In this document: positions 10,691-20,271 of the stretch, one piece after another
Layout: each line of letters starts with the position of its first letter
Position numbering within the stretch: the first letter of the stretch is position 1
Origin: a virus
Taxonomy: Duplodnaviria > Caudoviricetes
Reading direction: 5' to 3' (one strand)
DNA length: 64,000 nt
Virus record (IMG/VR): IMGVR_UViG_3300028025_000089
Notes under the pieces: generated by a model
Database searches by the model: none
Seen by the model: only the letters and a program-made list of their open reading frames with translations
What the model was told of the DNA's origin: nothing
Position numbers and translations under genes: made by a program

Positions 10691-10691
10691 A

Positions 10692-10910
10692 TTATGTTAA
10701 AGTTTCAGTTACCACACATTCATTACTATCAACCACTTTCACACTAAAAGATCCCATACCCTCCAATATAATTGGAAGATTGAAAACGTAAGGTATATCT
10801 CCCGAAGTGATTGTTGCAACATAAACACAAGTTGTGAAACCTGTATCACATGTATATACATCAAAAGGGGAAAGACCCGAAAGTGAGGAAATTGTAATTT
10901 GCGTTGGCAT
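10692..10910 (-). CDS. Small structural-type protein, paralog of 2603..2827
   Basis: Shared motif with 2603..2827; TATTTAT on the minus strand at 10918-10924. Confidence 0.6.
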   Translation of the reverse strand: MPTQITISSLSGLSPFDVYTCDTGFTTCVYVATITSGDIPYVFNLPIILEGMGSFSVKVVDSNECVVTETLT

Positions 10911-10949
10911 ATCAGTAATAAATATAAATGAAGAGAAAACTTTGTGTAG

Positions 10950-10978
10950 TTGATTAAGTAAAAGATGTTTTTTATATT
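10950..10978 (+). promoter_or_regulatory. Class-2 (classical sigma70-like) promoter for the primase operon
   Basis: TTGATT-N17-TATATT. Confidence 0.45.
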
Positions 10979-10984
10979 TTAGGT

Positions 10985-11239
10985 ATGACAGAAAAAGAAA
11001 TACAATTACTGGGTTTTCAAAGAGAAGAGTCCACTGAAGGGTTTGACGAACCTTTTTACTATTACACTTACAGAATTGCTGACGGATTGGAATTTATCAG
11101 TTGTGCTAACGATGAGGTAAAAGAAGATGAAGAGTGGTATGTTGACATATTCAATACAGATCCCCATATTAGATTTACCGAGTTTGGTGATGTTCAGGGT
11201 TTAATCAATATTTTAGAAAAAAGAAAGGTAAAAAAATAA
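10985..11239 (+). CDS. Hypothetical protein
   Basis: 84-aa ORF translationally coupled to the primase gene. Confidence 0.6.
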   Translation: MTEKEIQLLGFQREESTEGFDEPFYYYTYRIADGLEFISCANDEVKEDEEWYVDIFNTDPHIRFTEFGDVQGLINILEKRKVKK

Positions 11240-12138
11240 TGGATGAAAATGAAGCGTTAGTTGAATTATTAGAGGAGGTTCTTGGAGATCACGGACTTCA
11301 CTATCCTAATCGCGGTCAAATATCCTTCAATTGCCCTGTTTGTGATGATGATAGAAACAAACATAATTTAGAGGTTAATTACATAGACAACGTATATAAA
11401 TGTTGGAGTTGTGGTGATAGTGAGGGAACACACGGACCTTTGGGTAGAATTTTTGATAAATACGGAAATAAAAAACATAAGAAATTATATAATGTTTTAA
11501 AACCTGAAACTGTTGTAAAACGAGAAAGACCTAAAAAAACCCTTAAACTTCCTGACTCTTTCACTTTATTCAAAGACTCAAGTCCGGTATATCCCGTTAG
11601 AAGACAAGCCATGAATTATTTAAAAAGTCGTGGTATTACAGATGAGATGATTGAAAGGTATGGTATTGGATTTTGTGATAAAGGTGATCACTCAGGTCGT
11701 ATTGTGGTTCCGTCTTATAATAAAAATGGTGAGTTAAACTATTATATTGCAAGAAGTTGGAATCCAATGTCAAAAGCCAAATATAAGAATCCTGAGGCAG
11801 AAAAAGATAAAATCATATTTTGGGAAAACCTTATTGATTGGAATAAAGACATCTTTTTAGTTGAGGGTGCTTTTGACGGATTGTTTTTAGAAAACTCAAT
11901 ACCGATGCTTGGAAAACATATGTCCGAACTATTGTTTGAGACATTATATATGAACGCGAAAGGTAACATAACAATATGTTTAGATAGTGACGCTTGGGAA
12001 AATGCTGTAAAACTTTACCACGAGTTAAATGGTGGTGAAATGTGGGGTAGAATTAAATTAATCAAATTACCTGATGATAAGGATATTGCCGATCTTCGAG
12101 GTGAAATAAAAGATGAATATTATCGTATAATAAAATAA
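11239..12138 (+). CDS. DNA primase (Zn finger + TOPRIM)
   Basis: CPVC...CWSC zinc finger, VEGAFD and DSD TOPRIM acidic motifs, and DIAD. Confidence 0.85.
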   Translation: MDENEALVELLEEVLGDHGLHYPNRGQISFNCPVCDDDRNKHNLEVNYIDNVYKCWSCGDSEGTHGPLGRIFDKYGNKKHKKLYNVLKPETVVKRERPKKTLKLPDSFTLFKDSSPVYPVRRQAMNYLKSRGITDEMIERYGIGFCDKGDHSGRIVVPSYNKNGELNYYIARSWNPMSKAKYKNPEAEKDKIIFWENLIDWNKDIFLVEGAFDGLFLENSIPMLGKHMSELLFETLYMNAKGNITICLDSDAWENAVKLYHELNGGEMWGRIKLIKLPDDKDIADLRGEIKDEYYRIIK

Positions 12139-13001
12139 TGGAGTTAAAAAAAATCGCGGAGGAGATTAGACAAATCATATCCGAAAAACAGAAAGAATTA
12201 CAACTAACCTTCGAAGAGGAAAGTCACAAATATACAATGTTGGATAAAGACGGAAATCTAAGAAGTGATTTTCCATCTGTTTCAAAAGTGATGAAACTTT
12301 TTTATGACGAGTTTCCAACTGAACAAGCGGCCTTTAATAAAGCCGGTGGTGATCCTGATGAAGCCGAAAGATTAATTAATGAATGGGCTGAATTAGGAAG
12401 AAAATCAACAAATCTTGGATCTCGTTGTCATTACTTGTTAGAGGAACACACATTAAAAGAATTTGGTATTGAAAAAGAAGTTCGTCAACCAATATTTGAT
12501 TGTGACGCCGAACAAATAGTCAAAAGTGATTCGATGATCATGGCCGGAAAACACTATATTGAACTTCTTAAAGAGAGGGGATGTGAATTGATTGATACTG
12601 AAATGGTTTTGGGACATCCTGAATTGGAATATACAGGACAACCCGATAAGGTTTGGTTGGTAGTTGGAACAAATGGTAATTTAGGTATTTTAATAACAGA
12701 CTGGAAAAGTAATAAACCAAAAAACTTTGTGGTCACACGTTATACCAAAAAAATGAAAAAACCATTTGAAGATCTACCTGATAATGCGTTGGGACACTAC
12801 AACACACAATTACCTTTTTATGGTAAATTACTTTTAAAAATGTTGGAGGGAACCAAATATGAAAACATACAATTATTAGGATGTATTGTGGTGTTGATTA
12901 CTGATGAGAGGGAATATCACGAATATCGAGTATCTAAAAAAACAATCAACACAATTTTAGAAATGGATATGAAACAATATTTGACTAAACTTAAAAAATA
13001 A
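12138..13001 (+). CDS. PD-(D/E)XK (Cas4/RecB-like) exonuclease
   Basis: Motifs GSRCHYLLE, GQPD, ITDWKS and HYNTQL.FY. Confidence 0.75.
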   Translation: MELKKIAEEIRQIISEKQKELQLTFEEESHKYTMLDKDGNLRSDFPSVSKVMKLFYDEFPTEQAAFNKAGGDPDEAERLINEWAELGRKSTNLGSRCHYLLEEHTLKEFGIEKEVRQPIFDCDAEQIVKSDSMIMAGKHYIELLKERGCELIDTEMVLGHPELEYTGQPDKVWLVVGTNGNLGILITDWKSNKPKNFVVTRYTKKMKKPFEDLPDNALGHYNTQLPFYGKLLLKMLEGTKYENIQLLGCIVVLITDEREYHEYRVSKKTINTILEMDMKQYLTKLKK

Positions 13002-13009
13002 ACTATAAT
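12981..13009 (+). promoter_or_regulatory. Class-2 near-consensus sigma70 promoter
   Basis: TTGACT-N17-TATAAT. Confidence 0.6.
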
Positions 13010-13100
13010 TAGGTATGGAAACTACATTTACACCCATTTATTATACTAATACTACTTGGGACAACGAAACAATTAAAATAAACATAAATTATATTATAAA

Positions 13101-13319
13101 ATGAGCGACGATATTATCAGACCAAAAATCGACTTACGACAACAAGAAACAATTAAATGTGAAAAGTGTGAGTCAAAGTTCTTCAAAGAAATCACAATGT
13201 TGAAGAAAGTTCCAAAATTATTAACAGGAAGTCATGAAGACACGATTGTTCCATTCCCAACTTACATGTGTATTGATTGTGGTCATGTGAATGCAGACTT
13301 CGAATTGTTTATTGACTAA
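13101..13319 (+). CDS. Small zinc-ribbon protein
   Basis: CEKC and CIDC pairs. Confidence 0.65.
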   Translation: MSDDIIRPKIDLRQQETIKCEKCESKFFKEITMLKKVPKLLTGSHEDTIVPFPTYMCIDCGHVNADFELFID

Positions 13320-13465
13320 TGGAAACAAGAAAAATGACTATTACTGAGGCGTATCCACACCTTCAAAGTATTGCAACTCTTTATGGTTTAAAACTTAATA
13401 GAGCGAAAGAATTCAAATTGGCAAGGACTATTTTAATTAATCTTTATTGTAGAGAATTAGTATGA
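13319..13465 (+). CDS. Small hypothetical protein (48 aa, not in ORF track)
   Basis: METRKMTITEAYPHLQSIA...CRELV; overlaps both flanking genes by TAATG/ATGA. Confidence 0.5.
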   Translation: METRKMTITEAYPHLQSIATLYGLKLNRAKEFKLARTILINLYCRELV

Positions 13466-13701
13466 CACACAAAGAATTTTATATTTGGTTACAAGGTTAC
13501 CTTCATGGAAAATTAGAAGATAAGAACATCGATATTGCACCAATTCTTGAAAAGATGGATTTGGTAAAAGAAAGTAGCAAGATTGATATTTCTGAACCAT
13601 TTAGAATTCCAATACCGGTGAATCCTTTTCCAATTCAAGACGACCCATATAAACCACCATTTGAGGTATATTGTAATGATAAACAACAATTAAATGATTA
13701 A
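13462..13701 (+). CDS. Hypothetical protein
   Basis: Coupled ORF with a FYIWLQGY motif. Confidence 0.55.
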   Translation: MTHKEFYIWLQGYLHGKLEDKNIDIAPILEKMDLVKESSKIDISEPFRIPIPVNPFPIQDDPYKPPFEVYCNDKQQLND

Positions 13702-13876
13702 AATTATGAAAAGAATACCAGCATTATTTGTAAAATGGTTAGCAAACCTTTTTGGATATAAAATTGTTATGTTAAAGGCAAAAAATGGAACAACAACAAT
13801 TGAAGGCGATAAGGAAGTTATGAAATATACTGATATTTCAGGATACTTTTTTAAAAAAGAACCACTTCGTAGATGA
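13694..13876 (+). CDS. Hypothetical protein
   Basis: Coupled 60-aa ORF. Confidence 0.5.
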   Translation: MIKIMKRIPALFVKWLANLFGYKIVMLKAKNGTTTIEGDKEVMKYTDISGYFFKKEPLRR

Positions 13877-14658
13877 TTATGATTAAAAAACTAATACATT
13901 TTTCTGACCTACACATCCGTCTTTTTAAAGACCACGATTTGTATAAATCAATTTTGGAAACTGCCATTGAACAATGGAGAGAGTTAGAACCTGATCGTAT
14001 TGTATTTACGGGAGATCTTGTTCATTCTAAAAACCAAATGACACCTGAACTTATTGAGATGGTTAGATGGTTATTGACCGAATGTTCGTTTGTTGCAAAG
14101 ACAATCATTATACCTGGAAACCACGACTTCTTGGTAAATAACACCGAAAGAATGGATGCATTATCACCAATCATTAGTTCTTTGAATAGTAAAAACATTT
14201 ATTATTACAAAGACAGAGGTGTATATGAAGATGAAAACATCAGTTGGTGTGTGTATTCACAATATCAAGGAAATATTCCACCTGACATTACAGAATCAAA
14301 AGGTAAAAGAATTGGATTATTTCACGGACCAATTCAAGGAATGAAAACCGATCTTGGATTTGACTTTGGTGAAGAGGCATACGATGTTGAAAAGTTTGAT
14401 GGACTTGAAACCGTATTATGTGGAGATATTCACAAAAGACAAGAATTCAAATTCAAGACTGGTAAAGGTTATATGATCGGATCGCCAATTCAACAAAACA
14501 TTGGTGAGAGTATTGGAAAACATGGTTATGGTATTTATGATGTTGAAACAAAAGAATATTCTTACGTTGATTTACCAAACCCAAAACCATTTTTGAAGTT
14601 CTCCATAAAATCATTTGAAGATATTGAAAATGGATTCGAAAAACTCCAAAATATTTAA
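13873..14658 (+). CDS. SbcD/Mre11-like (gp47-like) metallophosphoesterase nuclease
   Basis: Motifs HFSDLH, TGDLVH, PGNHD, FHG and GDIHK..., plus GSPIQQN.GE. Confidence 0.85.
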   Translation: MIMIKKLIHFSDLHIRLFKDHDLYKSILETAIEQWRELEPDRIVFTGDLVHSKNQMTPELIEMVRWLLTECSFVAKTIIIPGNHDFLVNNTERMDALSPIISSLNSKNIYYYKDRGVYEDENISWCVYSQYQGNIPPDITESKGKRIGLFHGPIQGMKTDLGFDFGEEAYDVEKFDGLETVLCGDIHKRQEFKFKTGKGYMIGSPIQQNIGESIGKHGYGIYDVETKEYSYVDLPNPKPFLKFSIKSFEDIENGFEKLQNI

Positions 14659-15514
14659 TAAGGAAACAATGCAGGCGGTGTCTGCATTTTGTGAATCACA
14701 AGAAATTAAGGATATTGATAATTTCATATACCTATGTTTCAAACAAGGATTCGATATTAAAAAATATGGTTTTTTGGGAAAAACGGATAATGAAGAGGAA
14801 AAACGGGTAGAAATTGAGGTAATCCGTGAAAAACGTGTTGAGGTTCCTGTTGAAGTCATCAAAGAAGTTGAGGTAATTAAAGAAGTTGAAAAGATCGTTG
14901 AGGTTCCTGTGGAAATAATAAAGGAAGTTGAAAAGATAGTTGAGGTTCCGATTGAGATAATCAAAGAAGTTGAGAAGATTGTTGAGGTTACAAAAGAAAT
15001 ACCCGTTGACAGGGTAGTTGTTAAGGAAGTTATTAAAGAAGTTCCGGTTGATAGAGTGGTTGAGAAAATAATCTATACCACCGATGACAACCAAATAAAC
15101 GAACTTGGCGAAAAAAACGCCAAGTTGGAAATTGAACTATTAAGAAATTCCGAACAGTTGAACGAATTGTTGTCAAAAATACAACAGTTAAACGGAGAAA
15201 TTTCGATCAAGACAGCAGAAATTGACAACATTAGACAAGAACATTCTTCTAAAACAGAAGAAATAGAAAGTAATTTTCAAACTACATTGTCTATGAAAGA
15301 AGTTGAATTACAACAACTTAAAATAAGTTTAGAAGAAAACCTAAACAACGAAAAATTGAAACTTCTTCAACAGACAATACAAAATCTTAGAGGGGAACTT
15401 CAACAAAAGAATGAACAAATAAAAGAGTTAGAAAAAATAAACCGAGAACTTTTGAATGGTAACCAAAATCAGGCTTATCTTCTTAGGGGATCAAATTTAA
15501 ATAGAAGATTATGA
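14615..15514 (+). CDS. Protein with EKIVEVPVE repeats and a C-terminal coiled coil
   Basis: Tandem VEVPVE(V/I)IKEVEKI repeats followed by a long heptad-rich region. The true start may be a downstream ATG. Confidence 0.7.
   Translation: MKILKMDSKNSKIFNKETMQAVSAFCESQEIKDIDNFIYLCFKQGFDIKKYGFLGKTDNEEEKRVEIEVIREKRVEVPVEVIKEVEVIKEVEKIVEVPVEIIKEVEKIVEVPIEIIKEVEKIVEVTKEIPVDRVVVKEVIKEVPVDRVVEKIIYTTDDNQINELGEKNAKLEIELLRNSEQLNELLSKIQQLNGEISIKTAEIDNIRQEHSSKTEEIESNFQTTLSMKEVELQQLKISLEENLNNEKLKLLQQTIQNLRGELQQKNEQIKELEKINRELLNGNQNQAYLLRGSNLNRRL
14808..15070 (+). repeat. Coding tandem repeats of about 33 nt (gaagttgaaaagatcgttgaggttcc...)
   Basis: Visible in both the DNA and the protein sequence. Confidence 0.75.
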
Positions 15515-15864
15515 TAATTTTAATGTGGATTTTAGCGTCATACGGAATGACAACAATATTGGTCTATGGGTCAATATTTAATGGATTAAGAAATTGGATA
15601 CATAGAAATGCAGAACCGAATATCGGGTGGGTAATTTTTACTCCTGTATTTAAATTTATTTCAGGGTTGATACAATGTATGTTATGCACATCAACATGGG
15701 TTGGGTTTTTTCTTTCTTACGCACTTTATTCACCATGGCACGAAATTATTGGACTTAATCAATATATTTCCATATTCTTTGATGGAATGTTATCGGCAGG
15801 TGCCGTTTGGGCATTGAATGGTATAATAGAGTGGTTTGAAGAAAATAGACCTAATAACAATTAA
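15511..15864 (+). CDS. Membrane protein, DUF1360-like
   Basis: Several hydrophobic helices and a C-x-x-C-TSTWVG motif. Confidence 0.5.
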   Translation: MIILMWILASYGMTTILVYGSIFNGLRNWIHRNAEPNIGWVIFTPVFKFISGLIQCMLCTSTWVGFFLSYALYSPWHEIIGLNQYISIFFDGMLSAGAVWALNGIIEWFEENRPNNN

Positions 15865-15874
15865 AAATAAATAA

Positions 15875-16027
15875 ATGGAAACAAAAAAAGTTATCGAAGT
15901 AAATCTCGGAGTTGGAATGGACCAATTATTTCCAAGACCAATTCAAATCGTAGTTAATGACGAAGTTGAAGAAACTAATGAAGAAAATAATAATTTAAAC
16001 ACACAAGAAAATGGGGAAGAACGCTAA
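15875..16027 (+). CDS. Small acidic hypothetical protein (50 aa, not in track)
   Basis: METKKVIEVNLGVGMDQLFPRPIQ...; fills the gap in the operon. Confidence 0.4.
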   Translation: METKKVIEVNLGVGMDQLFPRPIQIVVNDEVEETNEENNNLNTQENGEER

Positions 16028-16304
16028 AGAACACAAAAAAAGAGTTGCAAAACGTAACGCAAGATTGGCACAACAAAAATCAGGAATGCAAAAAGCATTT
16101 GACATGTTAGTTCAACAACAACTTGCAAAGTTGAAAGAAGATGAATTAAAAGTTCAAACAAATGGACAAGAAATAAACTATGATGTTGTTCAAGATAAAA
16201 TTGTCGATACTGCATTTAGTTTCATTCCAAATGATGAAGAGTCATCAAAAATTAACAAAGAGTTTGAAGAAACGACAGAGGAACAATCAGAAGTAGAAAA
16301 CTAA
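16011..16304 (+). CDS. Hypothetical protein
   Basis: Basic N-terminus MGKNAKEHKKRV. Confidence 0.6.
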   Translation: MGKNAKEHKKRVAKRNARLAQQKSGMQKAFDMLVQQQLAKLKEDELKVQTNGQEINYDVVQDKIVDTAFSFIPNDEESSKINKEFEETTEEQSEVEN

Positions 16305-16305
16305 A

Positions 16306-18678
16306 ATGGATTTATTTAATCCGCCAAAATTATTCAATTATAATATTATGATAAAAGATTTGGACTTTTCAAAATTTGAAAATCCCATCATACAAGTTGT
16401 TTGGGAAGATTTACCAGAAAACTTTACACAAGATAAAATCAAAAGTGTAAAGCATTATTTTTCCAAAAAGTATAATACAACAAACGTTAATGTTTTAACA
16501 AAGGCAAAGAACGTTGAAAGTGAAACTATGCAAAGTATTGATGTGTCGGTGAATATTACTGACACACAATACCAACTTGATCTTATTACCAATTACCTTA
16601 AATCAAAAGGACATGAAGACAAAACTGATGATGTGTTAAACATCAACAGAATGGTTGAAAATAAAATGTCTGGTGATGAAGAAACTTCGGCACAATTCAA
16701 GAAATGGTATATCAGAAATATTGAGTTTTCAAACTTTTTATCATACGGTGAAAATCAAAAATTAAATTTTGATGCGTTGAATGGTATCGTGGTGGTTGAA
16801 TCTGATCCTCCTAATTTTGGTGGTAAAACTGTATTAACGGTGGATCTTTTAATGTTTTTGTTTTTTAACGAAACAACAAAAACAACAAAGGCCGAAGAAA
16901 TATTTAACCGATTTTCAAACAAAGACAAAGTTCATGTTAAAGGTGAAATCACAATTGATGGTGAAGATTATGTTATTGTTAGAAACATCGAAAGAAAGAT
17001 GTCCAAAAAAGGTGAATGGAATGTCAAAACCGAATTGGACTTCTTTAAAAAGTTGTCAGATGGTTCTTTATTAAATTTCACAGGAGAACAAAGAAGGGAA
17101 ACAGAAGCCTTCATTAAAAACTCAATTGGAACAAAGGAGGACTTTTTAATGACGATCCTTACAACAGGATCAAACCTTGAAGATTTATTAGAATCAAAAC
17201 CAACGGCAAGAGGTCAGGTGTTGTCAAGATTTATGGGTCTTGAGTTTTTGAAAAGAAAAGAAGAAGTTGCAAAAGAAATCTATTCAGAGTTTTCAAAACA
17301 AAAAATGTCAAATTTATATTCTTCAGAACAATTAAAAAATGATATTGAAACACACCAAACCTCAATCATAGAATTAAAGAACACAATCGCCGAAAGCAAA
17401 AAAAGTTTATCTGAAGTTGATGAGGCAATTGTAAAAGGAAAAACATATCGTGATGATATGTTAAAAAGAAAACATACCAACATTGATCAAGAATTAAGTT
17501 TATTAAATCCTGATAAAACCAAAGATGAAATAAAAGAAATTGAACGTGAGAAGTCAGGTTATTTAACAAAAATATCTGAAATCAAAGTCGTTGAACCATC
17601 TGAGTTTTACCATGAGGATAAACATGATGAGGTTAAAGAACAATATAACAACGTTTATAAAGAAGTTATTCAAATTGACACTGAAATCGCATCAATCAAC
17701 AAACTAAAATCTTCCGTTGAAGGTGGAATCAAATGTGAGCACTGTGGAATTGAGTTAATGAACGCAGCAATCACAAATTCGAAAATCGCAGAATTAGATG
17801 GACTTATCGTGCAAAAAAACACAAAAACAACACTTATGACGGATTTATCCAACAAAGAACAAAGTTTTGTGAAACTTAAAAAAGAGTTTGATGAATATGA
17901 AAAAAATAAGTTGGTTAAAGAGAAATATGAAATTTCGATTGAAAGTTGTGATTTAAAGATCGGTTCATTAAACGATAAGATTAAACGTTGGGAAGAAATA
18001 CAAGATAAGATTTCTGAAAACCAAAAGATTGATTCGTTGTTGATTAAAGCTGACGTTAGATTAGATGAATTGGAACTTCAAAGAAGAACGATCAGTAATT
18101 CAATTTTAACAAACGAGGGATCGATTAAATCACTTGATGAAAAGATTGATAACAACAAAAAAATGATTGTTAAAATTAAAGAGGAAGAAGAGAAAGAAAA
18201 AATCTTTAAGATCTATTTGGAACTTTATGGTAAAAATGGAATTTCAAAAATGATTATGAAAACTATGATGCCTTTAATCAATACAGAACTTCAAAGACTT
18301 ATGGAAGATTCATGTTATTTCAAAATGGAAATAAGAATTAACGACAAAAATGAAGTTGAGTTTATGATGATTGATAATGGAACTGGGGTTGAAAAACTAA
18401 TGACATCGGGAAGTGGATATGAGAAGACTTTATCGTCATTAGCGTTAAGAGCGGTATTAACAAAAATATGTAGTTTACCAACTCCCAACCTGGTCGTATT
18501 AGACGAAGTCTTTGGTAAAATATCTCCTGAGAACTTAGATATGGTTTATGAATTCTTTGTAAAGATTAAAGATTATTTTGAAAAAGTGTTTGTTATATCG
18601 CATAATAGCGCAGTGTCATCATGGGGTGACCATGTGGTGAAAATTAAAAAAGAAAATAATTTGTCAAAAGTTTTGTAG
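16306..18678 (+). CDS. SbcC/Rad50-like (gp46-like) SMC ATPase with an N-terminal extension
   Basis: Motifs NFLSYG, Walker A NFGGKT, coiled coils, zinc hook CEHCG, signature-like SGSGYEK, Walker B VVLDEVFG and H-loop ISH. Confidence 0.85.
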   Translation: MDLFNPPKLFNYNIMIKDLDFSKFENPIIQVVWEDLPENFTQDKIKSVKHYFSKKYNTTNVNVLTKAKNVESETMQSIDVSVNITDTQYQLDLITNYLKSKGHEDKTDDVLNINRMVENKMSGDEETSAQFKKWYIRNIEFSNFLSYGENQKLNFDALNGIVVVESDPPNFGGKTVLTVDLLMFLFFNETTKTTKAEEIFNRFSNKDKVHVKGEITIDGEDYVIVRNIERKMSKKGEWNVKTELDFFKKLSDGSLLNFTGEQRRETEAFIKNSIGTKEDFLMTILTTGSNLEDLLESKPTARGQVLSRFMGLEFLKRKEEVAKEIYSEFSKQKMSNLYSSEQLKNDIETHQTSIIELKNTIAESKKSLSEVDEAIVKGKTYRDDMLKRKHTNIDQELSLLNPDKTKDEIKEIEREKSGYLTKISEIKVVEPSEFYHEDKHDEVKEQYNNVYKEVIQIDTEIASINKLKSSVEGGIKCEHCGIELMNAAITNSKIAELDGLIVQKNTKTTLMTDLSNKEQSFVKLKKEFDEYEKNKLVKEKYEISIESCDLKIGSLNDKIKRWEEIQDKISENQKIDSLLIKADVRLDELELQRRTISNSILTNEGSIKSLDEKIDNNKKMIVKIKEEEEKEKIFKIYLELYGKNGISKMIMKTMMPLINTELQRLMEDSCYFKMEIRINDKNEVEFMMIDNGTGVEKLMTSGSGYEKTLSSLALRAVLTKICSLPTPNLVVLDEVFGKISPENLDMVYEFFVKIKDYFEKVFVISHNSAVSSWGDHVVKIKKENNLSKVL

Positions 18679-18694
18679 ATTGAAATATTATTGT

Positions 18695-18702
18695 TAGATT
18701 TG
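18695..18702 (+). promoter_or_regulatory. Bacteroidota-type -7 promoter element (TAnnTTTG)
   Basis: TAGATTTG upstream of the restriction-modification pair. Confidence 0.45.
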
Positions 18703-18719
18703 TTATATAAATAAAAAAA

Positions 18720-19322
18720 ATGACTAATAAAAATAAGTATACAATTGACGATGTTATTGCAATTTTAGAAAATAAATTCATTAACACTTTAAAACCGGTT
18801 GATTATGGTAAGGCAATACAGAGTGCCGCAGAAAGTTATGTGGAGTTGAAAGTAAACGAAATTTTAGGTGAAAATTGTATTATTGATGTAACTGAAAATG
18901 ATGATTTAATTGAAAAATATAATTACGTAAATAATGGGCCTGGTTTTGATAGATTGGTCACACAAAGTAATACTCGACTACAAATAAAATTTAGACAAGT
19001 GGAAGGAGTGCACCCATATAGTCGACAAACACACTTTTCTAATACTAGACGACATAGTAAAAAAAATAAAGGAAATGGTGATTCTACAGGTAATATTGCT
19101 TATCGTTGTGATGAATTTGATTATGTTTTAGTTGTTCTTTGTCATATAAAAAATAAAGTAAGAACTACATTTGATAAATGGTGTTTCTCATTAATCCCGA
19201 CCTGTGAATTGGTTGATGTTAACAATACAGAATATTGTTCTCCAAATATATCGTCAGATAAACTTTACAAATATAAATTAGATGATATTTATATGTTAAC
19301 AAAAAAACTAAAATCATTATGA
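18720..19322 (+). CDS. Putative type II restriction endonuclease (PD-(D/E)XK)
   Basis: AE...PGFD...LQIK catalytic-like motif; overlaps the methyltransferase gene by ATGA. Confidence 0.5.
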   Translation: MTNKNKYTIDDVIAILENKFINTLKPVDYGKAIQSAAESYVELKVNEILGENCIIDVTENDDLIEKYNYVNNGPGFDRLVTQSNTRLQIKFRQVEGVHPYSRQTHFSNTRRHSKKNKGNGDSTGNIAYRCDEFDYVLVVLCHIKNKVRTTFDKWCFSLIPTCELVDVNNTEYCSPNISSDKLYKYKLDDIYMLTKKLKSL

Positions 19323-20242
19323 ACGAATATGTTGTAGGAGATAATTTAAATGAATTATGCAAATTAAAAGAAGAAGGTAAAAAAATTAATTTAATTTATT
19401 TTGACCCACCATATAACACTGGGAGAGATTTCGATGATTTTGATGATAAATATAAATCATATGAATCCTATCGAAATGATTTTATAAAACCAAGATTAGA
19501 AATTATGTATGATTTGTTGGTTAGTTCTGGTGTTATAGTTGTTCATGTCGAACCTTCAGTTTCACACCATATCAGAATAGTATTGGACGAAGTTTTTGGT
19601 GAAAAAAATTTTAGAAATGAAATAGTTTGGAAAAGCGGAGGAAATAAAAAATCAACAAAAAAATTAATGAGATTTCATGACACCATCATCGTCTATTCAA
19701 AATCTTCAAAATATACCTATAACCCACAATATTTACCTTATAATGAGGATTATAAGAAAAAAAATAATCTTAAAAAAGACGATATAGGTGAATATACCAC
19801 TAGCGCCGCCCACAACTCACAACCTAATGTTGTACAAAGACCTAATCTAAGATATGAATGGAAGGGACACTTCAAGCAATGGTGGTGGTCGATAGAAAAA
19901 ATGAAAGAATTGGATTCTCAGAAAAGATTGGAATATAATTCTAATGGAATACCAAGAGTTAAAAAATATCTACATGAAATGGATGGAATACCGGTAAGAG
20001 ATTTGTGGGTGGATATTAATCAAATACAGGGAAATGAAAAATTAGATTATGCAACTCAAAAACCTGTTAAATTACTTGAAAGGATTGTTAAAATGTTTTC
20101 TAATGAGAATGATTTGGTTTTAGATCCTTTCGGTGGATCAGGTACGACAGGTAGGGCTTGTATTAATTTAAACAGAAATTTTATATTATTAGATATAAAT
20201 GAAAAAGGTAAAAAAATTTTTTTACAATCATTAGAAAAATAG
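19319..20242 (+). CDS. Adenine DNA methyltransferase, beta class (N6_N4_Mtase)
   Basis: Motif IV DPPY precedes motif I DPFGGSGTT; also YATQKP..LLERI. Confidence 0.85.
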   Translation: MNEYVVGDNLNELCKLKEEGKKINLIYFDPPYNTGRDFDDFDDKYKSYESYRNDFIKPRLEIMYDLLVSSGVIVVHVEPSVSHHIRIVLDEVFGEKNFRNEIVWKSGGNKKSTKKLMRFHDTIIVYSKSSKYTYNPQYLPYNEDYKKKNNLKKDDIGEYTTSAAHNSQPNVVQRPNLRYEWKGHFKQWWWSIEKMKELDSQKRLEYNSNGIPRVKKYLHEMDGIPVRDLWVDINQIQGNEKLDYATQKPVKLLERIVKMFSNENDLVLDPFGGSGTTGRACINLNRNFILLDINEKGKKIFLQSLEK

Positions 20243-20263
20243 AACAAATCCCAACTTTATTCG

Positions 20264-20271
20264 TATATTTG
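20264..20271 (+). promoter_or_regulatory. Bacteroidota-type -7 promoter element driving the sigma-factor operon
   Basis: TATATTTG. Confidence 0.55.

Noticed and set aside
12138-13001. Cas4-like gene as evidence of a CRISPR system
   Set aside because: The Fe-S cysteine cluster and array are absent, and the context beside primase fits a replication/recombination exonuclease.
13015-13104. 29-codon ORF (METTFTPIYY...) after the 12981 promoter
   Set aside because: It is too short to support from sequence alone and could be a 5' leader.
14611-15094. Antisense ORFs over the VEVPV repeats (14611..14964 and 14732..15094; likewise 23257..23658 and 23265..23486)
   Set aside because: They are shadow frames created by the stop-poor repeat on the coding strand.
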